Source: Ignavibacteriales bacterium
GTDB taxonomy: Bacteria > Bacteroidota > Ignavibacteria > Ignavibacteriales > Melioribacteraceae
Length of the DNA stretch: 64,000 nucleotides
Reading direction: 5' to 3'
Assembly: GCA_020635285.1 (NCBI GenBank)
Contig: JACKAB010000007.1
Location: forward strand, 385,120 to 449,119
The position numbers and the translations under genes were made by a program. Positions 18,666-29,700 of the stretch are shown piece by piece. Positions within the stretch are counted from its first letter, which is position 1, and each line of letters opens with the position of its first letter. The notes under the pieces were generated by a model. That model did no database searches. It was not told the origin of the DNA and saw only the letters and a list, made by a program, of their open reading frames with translations.

Positions 18666-21600
18666 TATTTACATTTTTCATATCCTCATTGATATTTTCT
18701 CAATCTCCCCATGGAGATAACTTTAACTTTGATTGCGAGGAATGTCATTCAACTGAAAACTGGAAAATAGATTTTAAAACTTTAGATTTTGATCATTCCG
18801 AAACTAACTTTGAATTAATTGGTCAACATAAAATATTAGATTGTCAATCATGCCACCAAACATTAAAGTTTTCAGAAACAAAAAATAATTGTCTTGATTG
18901 TCACAGTAATGTTCATCAAAATACAGTTGAACCTAATTGCCAGCAATGTCATAACTCAAACTCTTGGGTTGTTACTAATATTGATGAAATGCATGATATG
19001 AGCAGATTTCCTTTGCTGGGTGAACACAAACGTGCTGATTGCAAACAATGCCATGCATCTGTTAATAATTTGTTGTTTCCCACTATTGGGGTTCAATGTA
19101 TTGATTGTCATTTGAGTGATTATCAGTCAGCACAAAATCCAAATCATATTTCTGCCGGTTTTTCAAAAGAGTGCGAAGATTGTCATCAAGTAACTGATTT
19201 AGAATGGAATAAGGCAAATGTTACTCACGACTTTTTCCCTTTAAACGGTGGTCATAAAATCAGCAATTGTTTTGATTGTCATTCACAAAATACTTTTGAG
19301 GGATTAACTCAAGAATGTGTAACGTGTCATCAGAAAGATTTTAATTCCACCAGTGATCCAAATCATGTTAGCGCTGGATTTACAACTAATTGTATTGAAT
19401 GCCACACAACTAATCCGGGTTGGCAGCCTGCATCATTTAAGGAACATGATAATTTCTTCGCTCTAATTGGCGCGCATAAAGTAATTGAAAATGATTGTGC
19501 AAAATGTCATACAACCGGCTATTCTAATACACCGGATCAATGCTATGATTGTCATCAATCAAATTATAATAGCACAAAAGATCCTGCACATCAAGCAGCG
19601 GGATTTGGAACTGATTGTGAGAGTTGTCATAATACAGTAGCTTGGGAGCCAGCAAGTTTTGACCACGATAATCAATTTTTCCCAATTTATTCTGGCAAAC
19701 ATAATAACCAATGGAATGATTGTGCAGATTGCCATACTAATTCAGCAAACTTCCAAGTTTTTGCGTGTGTTACGTGTCATGAACATAATCAGTCAGATAT
19801 GGATAAAGAGCATAGTGGAATTGGAGGATATACTTATGAAAGCACAGCTTGCCTTGCTTGTCATCCAACCGGAAATAAAGAAGATGGATTTAATCATTCA
19901 ACAACTAATTTCCCATTGCTTGGTGCTCATACAACTATTCAATGTTCTGATTGTCATTCTGCTGGATATCAAGGAACATCAATGGAATGTAGTTCTTGCC
20001 ATTTAGCTGATTTTCAAAGTTCTACCAATCCAAATCACCAACAAATTGGTTTAGATCAAAATTGTGAACAGTGCCATACAACTAATCCAGATTGGCAGCC
20101 GGCAACTTTTCCAGTTCATAATGATTTTTATTTATTAGAAGGCGCTCATGCAAGTATAGCCAGCGATTGTAATAGTTGTCATTCAGGTGATTACGTGAAT
20201 ACAGGTAATCTTTGTATTGATTGCCATACCAATGATTATAACAATACCAGCAATCCCAACCATCAATCAACTGGTTTTGGAACAGATTGTGAAACTTGTC
20301 ATTCTCAAAATGCTTGGCAGCCTGCAACCTTTGATCATGATAATCAGTTCTTCCCAATATACTCGGGCAAGCACAATAATGAATGGAATGAATGTTCAGA
20401 CTGCCATACTGCATCAACAAATTTTCAAGTTTTTGAGTGTATTAACTGTCATGAACATAATAAAACAGATACAGATGATAAGCATAAAGAAGTTCAAGGT
20501 TATCAATATATCAGCACAGAATGTTTAGCATGTCACCCAACAGGAACATCAGATGGCGCTTTTAATCATGCTACTTCGGCTTTCCCATTAACAGGCGCGC
20601 ACACAACTCAAGAATGTTCAGATTGTCATCAAGGTGGATATTCTAATGTCTCATCGGAGTGTTCTGAATGCCATCAGCAAGATTTTAATAGTTCTCTTGA
20701 ACCAAACCATGTTGAAGCAGGAATTGAAATTGCTTGTGTAGATTGTCACAATACTGTGGCTTGGAAACCTTCAACATTCAATCATGAAACAACCGGCTTT
20801 GAATTGATTGGAGGACACAATTTGAATCAATGTTCTAATTGTCACTCAGGAAGCACATCAAATGCTACATCAATTTGTTATGATTGTCATCAAAGCGATT
20901 ATACAACGGCACCTGAACATACTGCACAAAGTTATCCGCAAACTTGTCAGGATTGTCATAATACAACAAATTGGAATCAAACAACTTTTGATCATAATAA
21001 CACTAACTTTGCATTAACAGGAGCTCATTTAAATACAACTTGCGCTTCTTGTCATACATCTGGATATGCTGGAACTTCTACAGAATGCAATACTTGTCAT
21101 CAGACAGATTTTACAAGCGCGGTTAATCCAAATCATTCGGAAGCTGGAATTTCAAATAAGTGTGAAGATTGCCATTCTACAAATGCTTGGAATCCATCTG
21201 AATTTAATCATTCAGCGACCGGATTTGAGTTAATTGGAGGACATAATTTATCTCAATGTTCAAGCTGTCACAATGTAAGCACAGCAAATGCAACTCCAGA
21301 ATGTTACTCTTGTCATTCTGCAAATTATAGCAACGCACCAGATCATGTTTCACAGAATTATCCAAAGACATGTCAAGATTGTCATAACACCACAAATTGG
21401 AATGACACAAACTTTGATCATAACAATACAAATTTTGCATTAACCGGTTCTCACACTAACGTGAATTGCAATGATTGTCATTCAGCTGGATACTCTGGTA
21501 CTTCTACTGTTTGTGCTGATTGCCACCTTACTGATTTTAACAATTCATCAAATCCAAATCATAGCAGTTTAAGTCTATCAACAAATTGTGAAACTTGTCA

Positions 21601-22123
21601 TACAACAAATCCAAATTGGCAACCAGCGACTTTTGCTGTACATAATGATTTTTACGTTTTGGAAGGTGCGCATGCATCAATATCAAATGATTGTGCAACT
21701 TGTCATAATAGTAATTATAACAATACTTCAAATACATGCTACGGTTGTCATCAAAGCGATTATAATGCCACAACAAATCCAACTCATTCAAGCTCGGGTT
21801 TTGGAACTGCATGTGAAGATTGCCATTCACAAAATGCTTGGCAACCTGCAACTTTTGATCATGATGGGCAGTACTTTCCAATATATTCTGGTAAGCATAG
21901 GCAAGAATGGAATGCCTGCACAGATTGTCATACAAATCAATCTGACTATTCCATATTCTCTTGTTTAGAATGTCATGAACACAACAAGACAAAAATGGAT
22001 GATAAGCATAAAGAGGAAAATGGATATTCTTATACTAGTGCTGCTTGTTATGATTGTCATCCACAAGGGAAATCTAACGCTCAACTTGAAAGATTCTTTC
22101 GAATAGAGAGTATTCAGAGATGA
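18644..22123 (+). CDS. giant multihaem c-type cytochrome, 1159 aa, 46 CxxCH motifs, modular
   Basis: Signal peptide MHKLSFLIFTFFISSLIFSQ. I counted 46 CxxCH motifs. Modules of ~150-165 aa recur (NP.H...GF...C..CH, FDHD.QFFPIYSGKH, CHEHN). The start overlaps the upstream cytochrome by 22 nt. Confidence 0.9.
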   Translation: MHKLSFLIFTFFISSLIFSQSPHGDNFNFDCEECHSTENWKIDFKTLDFDHSETNFELIGQHKILDCQSCHQTLKFSETKNNCLDCHSNVHQNTVEPNCQQCHNSNSWVVTNIDEMHDMSRFPLLGEHKRADCKQCHASVNNLLFPTIGVQCIDCHLSDYQSAQNPNHISAGFSKECEDCHQVTDLEWNKANVTHDFFPLNGGHKISNCFDCHSQNTFEGLTQECVTCHQKDFNSTSDPNHVSAGFTTNCIECHTTNPGWQPASFKEHDNFFALIGAHKVIENDCAKCHTTGYSNTPDQCYDCHQSNYNSTKDPAHQAAGFGTDCESCHNTVAWEPASFDHDNQFFPIYSGKHNNQWNDCADCHTNSANFQVFACVTCHEHNQSDMDKEHSGIGGYTYESTACLACHPTGNKEDGFNHSTTNFPLLGAHTTIQCSDCHSAGYQGTSMECSSCHLADFQSSTNPNHQQIGLDQNCEQCHTTNPDWQPATFPVHNDFYLLEGAHASIASDCNSCHSGDYVNTGNLCIDCHTNDYNNTSNPNHQSTGFGTDCETCHSQNAWQPATFDHDNQFFPIYSGKHNNEWNECSDCHTASTNFQVFECINCHEHNKTDTDDKHKEVQGYQYISTECLACHPTGTSDGAFNHATSAFPLTGAHTTQECSDCHQGGYSNVSSECSECHQQDFNSSLEPNHVEAGIEIACVDCHNTVAWKPSTFNHETTGFELIGGHNLNQCSNCHSGSTSNATSICYDCHQSDYTTAPEHTAQSYPQTCQDCHNTTNWNQTTFDHNNTNFALTGAHLNTTCASCHTSGYAGTSTECNTCHQTDFTSAVNPNHSEAGISNKCEDCHSTNAWNPSEFNHSATGFELIGGHNLSQCSSCHNVSTANATPECYSCHSANYSNAPDHVSQNYPKTCQDCHNTTNWNDTNFDHNNTNFALTGSHTNVNCNDCHSAGYSGTSTVCADCHLTDFNNSSNPNHSSLSLSTNCETCHTTNPNWQPATFAVHNDFYVLEGAHASISNDCATCHNSNYNNTSNTCYGCHQSDYNATTNPTHSSSGFGTACEDCHSQNAWQPATFDHDGQYFPIYSGKHRQEWNACTDCHTNQSDYSIFSCLECHEHNKTKMDDKHKEENGYSYTSAACYDCHPQGKSNAQLERFFRIESIQR

Positions 22124-23737
22124 TAAAAAAAATAATCATATTACTTCTATTTATTGTCGGTGCTTTATCAGGTCAACAAAATGATGATAATAAAAATTTT
22201 AACAGGTAAAGTCGAATATATTTCTTCTCAATTTATTTACGTAAATTTTGAAAATACTGATGGAATAAATATTGGCGATACTCTCATTATATCAGAAAAC
22301 GAAAAAATGATTCCCAAATTAATAGTCCAAACAAAATCTTCGCGTTCTTGTGCAACTTTTCCAATTAAAGAAAAATTAAAAAAAGGAGATGAAGTTTTTG
22401 CAATTATAATAAATCAAATCGATACAAATTTAATTTTAGCAGAGGAGAAAAAAAACGAAATTGCAGTTATTGAATCAGAAGAAGTAAAACCAATAACAAA
22501 AAGTAGTTATGGAAAGTTTAATACTTCGAAAGATAATATTTATGGAAGGTTTAGTGCGACCGGCTATTCAAATCTATCAAATGAAAATAGTAATGAGAAT
22601 TATCAAAAGTGGCGATATTCTTTATCCTTTAATGCCGATAAAATTAATAACTCTAAATTTTCTTTTTCAAATTATATTACTTTTAGATATAGAGCCGATG
22701 AATGGAATTACACCACTTCGCACATAGGTGATGCAGTTAAAATTTATGATCTCGCATTAACTTATGAATTAATTGAGAAAACAAATTTTATTCTGGGTAG
22801 AAAAATTAACCCTAAAACTGCAAATATTGGTGCTGTAGATGGTTTGCAATTTGAAACTAATTTTAATAAATATTCACTTGGAGCTATAATAGGTTCTAGA
22901 CCAAACTTTAATGATTATGGTTATAACATAAATCTTTTCCAAATGGGTGGATATGTAAGTTGGGATGATTCTATTGGAGTTGGAGCAATGCAGAATACAT
23001 TTTCAATTTTTCAGCAAATGAATCATGGCAGTACGGACAGAAGATTTTTTTATTTACAGCACACCAATAACATTGTTAGTAATGTATATTTATTTTTATC
23101 CTCGGAAGTTGACTTATTTAAAAAAGAAAACAATAAAAATAGCAATGATTTTAGACTCACAAGTTTTTATACTTCGCTAAGATATTCTCCAGTCAGATGG
23201 CTTTCCGCAAATGCAAGTTATGATGCAAGGAAAAATGTTATTTATTACGAAACATTTAAGAATTATGCTGACCAACTAATAGAATCAGCACTTAGGCAAG
23301 GGTTTAGATTAAGATTAAATCTGCGACCAATAAATTATGTATTTGTAAGTTTATATTCCGGTTATAGATTTAGGGATTCAGATATCAGACCATCAAGGAA
23401 TTTTGGAGGTTCTATAACCCATTCAAGAATTCCATATTTAAGACTTTCTGCAAACCTTAATTTCATTGGGCTTAACACAAGTTATTTAGATGGAAATATA
23501 ATTGGATTACGTTTAACAAAAGATTTATTTGATGGTTTAGTAAATACCACTTTAGGTTATAGAAAAGTCAATTACACTTTTATCAGTACGGATAGTAAAT
23601 TACTGCAAGATATTTTTCAAATGGATTTATCATTAAGAGTTAATAAAAGTCTTTCATTTTCTCTAAGTTTTGAAGGAACTTATGAAGACAAATCAAGTTA
23701 TTCAAATATTTATACAAGCTTCTCATGGAGGTTCTAA
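22120..23737 (+). CDS. outer-membrane beta-barrel protein (putative porin partner of the cytochromes); one frameshift after the signal peptide
   Basis: ATG at 22120 overlaps the cytochrome TGA (ATGA) and gives MIKKIIILLLFIVGALSGQQNDDNK. A frame change at an A/T run near 22190 leads into ORF 22154..23737. The protein has alternating hydrophobic and Y/R/S/N-rich strands throughout and ends in SFSWRF, an aromatic OMP terminus. Confidence 0.65.
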
Positions 23738-24512
23738 ATACTTATTTCACCTTCCAAATAAAGAGCTGCATTGCCGGAAATTTTTACTCTTTTATCCAAA
23801 TATTCACAGAACAATTCACCGCCTCTTTTAGAAACTTGTAAAGCATTGAGTTTTGTTTTATTCAATCTTTTAGCCCAATAAGGAATTAACAAAGTGTGAG
23901 CATAGCCGGTAACTGGGTCTTCATCAATACCAACATCTGGTGCAAAAAATCGTGAAACAAAATCTACATCATTTCCTTGTGATGTAATTATTACTCCATG
24001 TGTGTTTAGTTTTAAAAAATCTTTTATTTGAGGTTTTAATTTCCTAACAATTTCTTCATTCTCAAAAACACAAATAGTTGATTTGTCGAATAAAATTTCA
24101 CTTGGTTTAACTCCTAATGCTGCGATTAAAATCTCATCAAACTCAATTGGCTTGGGATTTCTTGCCGGAAAATTTAAACTGATTAATTCATTTTCCTTCG
24201 TTACAATTAATTTGCCGCTTCTTGAGTTAAACTCAATTTTGTTTTCTGTAAAATTCAAAATATTGAATAATACAAATGAAGATGCCAGCGTGGCATGACC
24301 ACATAAATCAACTTCGCTGGTTGGCGTGAACCATCTAATTCTATAACCAGAGTCTTCCAAAACAAAAAAGCAGTTTCGGCTAAATTATTTTCTGCAGCAA
24401 TGTTTTGCATCACCAAATCATTCAACCAATTTTCTAAAGGAACAACTGCTGCGGGATTTCCGTTAAAAATATTTTTTGTAAATGCATCTACTTGGTAAAG
24501 TTTTAATTTCAT
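23734..24512 (-). pseudogene. PhzF-family isomerase-like protein, one frameshift
   Basis: ORF 24255..24512 (MKLKLYQVDAFT..FNGNPAAVV...AAENNLAETAF) and ORF 23734..24360 (IRWFTPTSEVDLCGHATLAS...) together make a full-length PhzF-like protein. The frames overlap around 24300. Confidence 0.75.
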
Positions 24513-24601
24513 TGCTTACCCATTTATTTATAATTTTGAAAAACTATATTTATCAAATTACAAAAAATAATTGAGATTCTTATAATGACAAAACAAAAGA
24601 T

Positions 24602-26011
24602 ATGCCAATTTCTGAATTTAGAAAATATGGCCACGAGATGATTGATTTTATTGCAGACTATATTGATAATGTTGAATCAAAACCCGTATTAGCAAAAGTT
24701 AATCCCGGTGAAATAAAGGAAAACTTCCCCAAAGTCCGCCAGTAAAAAGTGAAAGTATGGAAGATGTTTTTAATGATATCAACAAAATTATTATGCCGGA
24801 ATTACTCATTGGAATCACCCAAACTTTATGGCGTATTTCAACTCAACTGCATCAATGCCGGGTATATTAGGAGAAATTTTAAGCGGAGCGTTTAACACAA
24901 ACGGAATGATTTGGAAAACGGCCCCTGCTTCAACTGAATTAGAAGAAGTTGTATTAGTTGGTTCCGGCAAATGCTTCAACTTCCACAAAAGTTTTTTGGG
25001 ATTATATATGACTTAGCTTCTGTAAGCTCAATGCATGCAATTGCCGCAGCTAGAGAAGAGGCAAAACAAAAATACCATAACTTTGATATTATAAAACTTA
25101 GACTTTATTGCTCCGAGCAAGCACATTCATCAATAGAGAAGGGAGCAATTACGTTGGGTTTACCATTATCATCAGTTGTGAAAATTAAAACTGATGAACA
25201 ATTTAGAATGATTCCTTCTGAGCTGAATAATGCAATTAGAGAGGATATTGAAAAAGAACTTCAGCCATTTTGTGTTGTTGCAACTGTTGGAACTACATCA
25301 ACAACTAGCATAGATCCAGTTGATGAAATTGTAAAAGTTTCTAAACAATATAATTTGTGGTTGCATGTGGATGCCGCTCATGCCGGCTCTGCAGCAATAG
25401 TTCCGGAAGTTAGACAAATTTTAAGCGGAGTTGAAGATGCGGATTCATTAGTTGTTAATCCGCACAAATGGCTTTTTGTTCCTATAGATTTAAGCGTTTT
25501 ATTTACGAGTAAACCTGAGGTAATAAAAAAAGCTTTTTCTATTGTGCCGGAATATTTGAAAACCGATGAAGAAGAAAAAGTTATTAATTACATGGATTAT
25601 GGAATTCAACTTGGCAGAAGATTTCGTTCGCTAAAATTGTGGTTTGTATTTCGTTATTTTGGAGTTGAAGGATTGCAAAATATTATTCGTGAACATTTGC
25701 GAATAGGAGAATTATTTGCTGATTTTATTGATCGAAACCCAAACTTTGAAAGATTGGCTCCAACTCCATTAAGTACAATATGTTTTAGAGCATTGCCAAA
25801 TAAGAAGATGAGCGAAAATCAGCTAAATGAATTCAATAAAAGATTAATGGATGAAATAAATAATTCTGGTAAATTATTATTAAGTCACACAAAATTAAAC
25901 GACAAATTTACAATTAGATTAACAATCTCGGGAATAAGAACAGAAGAAAAACACATTCTTCAAGCGTGGGAATTGATAAAAGAAAAGTTTAATATGTTAA
26001 TCCAAAACTAG
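24602..26011 (+). pseudogene. pyridoxal-dependent aromatic-amino-acid (DDC/TyrDC group II) decarboxylase, at least 3 frameshifts in the 5' third
   Basis: Stitched translation: MPISEFRKYGHEMIDFIADYIDNVESKPV ... GITHWNHPNFMAYFNSTAS ... then ORF 24971..26011 with NPHKWLFVPIDLS (PLP-Lys motif). Confidence 0.8.
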
Positions 26012-26020
26012 GATTTTAAT

Positions 26021-26659
26021 ATGAATAACTTGTTGGAGTTTGTTGTATTAGCTTTTACCTCTTTATTTACTATGATAAATCCGCTTGGGGTGATCCCTGT
26101 TTACATTTCTTTAACATCCAAGCTTACACCTAAAGAAGCCAAAAAAGTAGCTTACAAAGCCGTTCTAACCGGATTTTTGATACTTGTACTATTTGCCGTT
26201 ACGGGTAATTTTATATTTGATTTTTTTGCTATTTCAATTCATAGTTTAAAAGTTGTTGGCGGCATAATATTTTTTATTGCTGGTTATGATATGCTGCAAG
26301 CCAGATTGAATAGAACAAAATCAAGTGAAGATGATAGTTTTGATGAAACAAAGGATGTGGCAATCAGCCCTTTAGGAATTCCATTAATTACCGGACCAGG
26401 TGCAATTACTGTTTCTATTGTTCTCTATAATGATGCTGTTGATATTTCACAAAAGCTAGTTTTGTTTATAGTAATTATTCTGATAATGACAATAATGTTG
26501 GCGGGATTATTAACCGGCAGAAGGGTAATGAGATTTTTGGGTGAGACTGGGAATAAAGTATTGATGAGAATTATGGGATTAATTGTCATGGTAATTGCTG
26601 TTGAATTTATGTTTAGTGGATTGACCCCATTGGTTAGAAAAATGTTAATATTAGAATAA
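26021..26659 (+). CDS. MarC-family (UPF0056) integral membrane protein
   Basis: 212 aa, ~6 TM helices. The MarC-like N-terminal motif FTMINPLGVIPVYISL is present. Confidence 0.75.
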   Translation: MNNLLEFVVLAFTSLFTMINPLGVIPVYISLTSKLTPKEAKKVAYKAVLTGFLILVLFAVTGNFIFDFFAISIHSLKVVGGIIFFIAGYDMLQARLNRTKSSEDDSFDETKDVAISPLGIPLITGPGAITVSIVLYNDAVDISQKLVLFIVIILIMTIMLAGLLTGRRVMRFLGETGNKVLMRIMGLIVMVIAVEFMFSGLTPLVRKMLILE

Positions 26660-26674
26660 ATATTAAGGATTAAA

Positions 26675-26708
26675 AATCCTTCCACATTTATATTAATGTG
26701 GAAGGATT
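26675..26708. terminator. bidirectional hairpin terminator between convergent genes
   Basis: aatccttccacat (26675-26687) pairs perfectly with atgtggaaggatt (26696-26708), a 13-bp stem in an AT-rich context. It lies between the stop at 26659 (+) and the stop at 26716 (-). Confidence 0.7.
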
Positions 26709-26715
26709 TAGATTA

Positions 26716-29700
26716 TTATTTTTTTGAGGATTTCTTTTCAGTAGAATTATTTCTCTTTACAACTGCAAATTTAGCAGCAGCTAAAGTTTCCCTATTAACT
26801 TTTTCCGTAATTTTCCCTCTGGTTATATCTTCAATATTTAAGTAACCATTCATCAATAATAACTGAAGAATCATATTATTTTCAATTGTCTCTCTACTAT
26901 AACCTTCTGCAATGTACAGCTTTTCACAATCTTTATAAAACTCATCAGCAAAATCTTGATTATTTGGCAAATCCATTAGCTGTTCATAGGTTTCTGTAAA
27001 TCCACTTAACTCAACATTTATATTAGGAGTAACAAGCAAGGGACTGAATCCGTGTTCTTTTTTAATTGGACAAAAACCTTTTATTGAACTCAAATCAACT
27101 TTTGCTTTTTCATCATCAATTCTAACAAATTCAGCTTTTCTCATTTGCTCTAATTGGAACAAGAAAAAATTATATCTGTTGACTTCTGAATTTTGTTTTA
27201 CTCCATTAAAAATATTCGGATATTTTTCTTTAACAATGTTTCTGATGAAGTTTTTATTCTTGTTAATTTCCGGTTTAGAAATTCTTACTTCCTGAATCAT
27301 CTTAACCATATCTTTTGCAGCGGCTTGTGGACCAGTAATTTCTTTTCCTTCCCTTCCTAAATCAGTTGAGAGTAATCCAAATTGTATATGTCTTCCAGCT
27401 CCTTTTTCTTTCACTCCGCCTTTCAAAATATTAACAAGATGTTTCATCTGTTCATATTGATTTTCTTCAGCAATAAATGGTTGTCCGGCTGGTGTGCTTG
27501 CCAATGAATTGAATAAATTGCTAAAAATGGCTCTGTCCAAAATAATATCTTTAGCTGAAACAGTTTCATCATTAGTTTTTGTGCAGCTGGCAATAAATCT
27601 ATTTTTTATGATGTCAAACTTTACAGAATCTATTGAATAATTATTGCCATCTGAATGTTTAAAAGTTTTTTTATCGAACAATTTATTTACTACATCTTCA
27701 ATATCAATTTTATCAATCAATTTATAAGACGAACACAAATAAAATTTGCCTGTAAATTCATCTTTTTCCCAATCGAGTACATCATCAAGGTAATTGCCGT
27801 GTTTATCCATAACTTCAACAACATTTTTATCATTTGTGTAACGCAATAACGTTCTTTGAAAATTAGGATTATCCGAACTGGTTGCTTTTTCTTTCCGTTC
27901 ACCATGTGAATGTCTGTAAAGCAAAAAGTTTTCCGGATTTTTGAAAACCGTAATTCCAGCTTCTTGCCGGCCGAAGTTACTTGCAGTCAACATTATATCA
28001 ATTTTATAGGGCATTCTGATATCACATAATCCGCTTATTGTACTGCGACTGTTTAAGTCTTCAACGTTGCTGTCTGCGGCACTTTGAAATAACGAATTGT
28101 AATACTTAATAAATTCCGGATCAAAATCTGTCACTCTTGAAAAGTCGCCTTGTTCAGTTCCAATTCCATATAAATTTCCTTCAGAATCAGGAAAGACGTA
28201 AAACATATCGCCGGCAATTAATTTGATAGAACGAATTCCCGGTAAATCTTTTTTAAGCCACTTTAACATCATTGCTGCCAGCATTTCAGATTTTCCAACA
28301 CCACTATCACCATCAACTTGAATTACGAAAATACTTCCGTCTTCTTCTTCAACAGCAAACAAAGAACCGTGAACTGGCATTCCCCCCATTTCCTTAACTT
28401 TTTCATTCATCATGGTAAGCCAAGGTTTTTTGATGTTACCGAAATAATCAGTCTTCGATTTGAGAGGAGTAACTAAAGTTTTAATATTTCCGTTTGGTCC
28501 TTTAATATTGAAGTAACCAATTTGCGGGTAAGAAATTACTTTTTCCGGAGCTCCATAAAATAAAATTACATCTGGCACAAAATCTTTTAAGTCATTTAAT
28601 CCAACTTCGTCCGCAGTAATTAATCGGTGGTTATCTGTCAAATATTTTATATACGATTTTTGAATTATATATAAAACTTTTACCAAACCATGCTTAATAA
28701 TTTTGCATCTGTAATCATTGGCATCCATATTATCAACAAATTTTGCCAAACGCTTCTTGAAGAAAACCGCAGTAGGTTTAGTATCTAAATTTTTAATGTA
28801 TTGATTAACGTCATCATAATTTCTTTCTAAAGTTTTGTCATCTTCTCTGTCAATTCTGTGCATTGCATATTCACGTTTCTTTGCGTCTGTGGCAATTCTT
28901 GTATGGCTTTGCACAGGTTGCTCAGATGCAATTACACCGCATTTTTTCATCACATCTTCAATCCATTTTAACGAACCATTGTCATAAGAATCAAGTGCAT
29001 TGCTGCTAAAATCATAATTTCTGTGCAGAGTAATTCCATGTTGAATCATCTCGTTAATAGAAGAGTTTTGCTGTATGTAAGAAGTTTCAACAAACTTTAT
29101 TAAAGAATGTGTGTATTTATCGTAGTATTCAGTTGAACGAGTTTTGTTGATAATTCTAACAAATAGTAAAATTATATCACGTGTAGTTTGATGTAATTTA
29201 TCTTGTGTGATTTTTTCATTTTTATACCGGAAAATTTCACCAAAGACTCCATCAATTTCTGTTTGGATAATTTCAAAAATAAATTCTTCAGTAAATAATT
29301 TTACTTCGCCATTTTCTTTTTCAGATAATTTATTTGATAGAAGTTGAACCTTCTTATTCAGCATATTTAAAAAGTTATCTTCCTTGTTTAACAAGTAAAA
29401 ATTAAGAAGCTGATTTGAAGTTGTTAAATTTTTACTAAAAATATTATTCATTAATGATTGATGAACAATTCCATCTAACTTAGCTGATAATAAATTTGGT
29501 TCTAATTTTTTAAGAATTTTATCAAGAAAAATATTTGCATACTGTTTTAAGTTAAATTCGTTTACAGAAAATCCAACAACTTCTTTAAACTTCTCAACGG
29601 AAGTATTAACAAGCTGTTCATAACTTGGTTCAATAATTTCTTGTTCAAAAGGAAGATTAAAATGAAGTAATAATTCTTTAACAAATTTTCTTAAAATTAT

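Noticed and set aside
19659-21992. Six ORFs of 78-151 aa overlapping the 46-haem cytochrome gene in other frames or on the other strand.
   Set aside because: They arise because the cytochrome gene is internally repeated, so the same stop-free shadow frames recur. They have no independent signals, and the CxxCH frame is unambiguous.
18644-22123. Possibility that the regularly spaced repeats here, or at 50.5-54.8 kb, are a CRISPR array.
   Set aside because: The repeats are 450-1800 nt coding modules in an open frame, not 25-40-nt direct repeats with unique spacers. I saw no CRISPR-like array anywhere in the window.
28200-28420. Calling the GDSGVGKSE P-loop protein an HPr kinase/phosphorylase.
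   Set aside because: The loop matches the HprK P-loop as I recall it. However, the flanking ~200 aa track ATP-PEPCK segment by segment, the protein is 1412+ aa, and it is fused to an aminotransferase fold. Only the shared PEPCK/HprK superfold is claimed.
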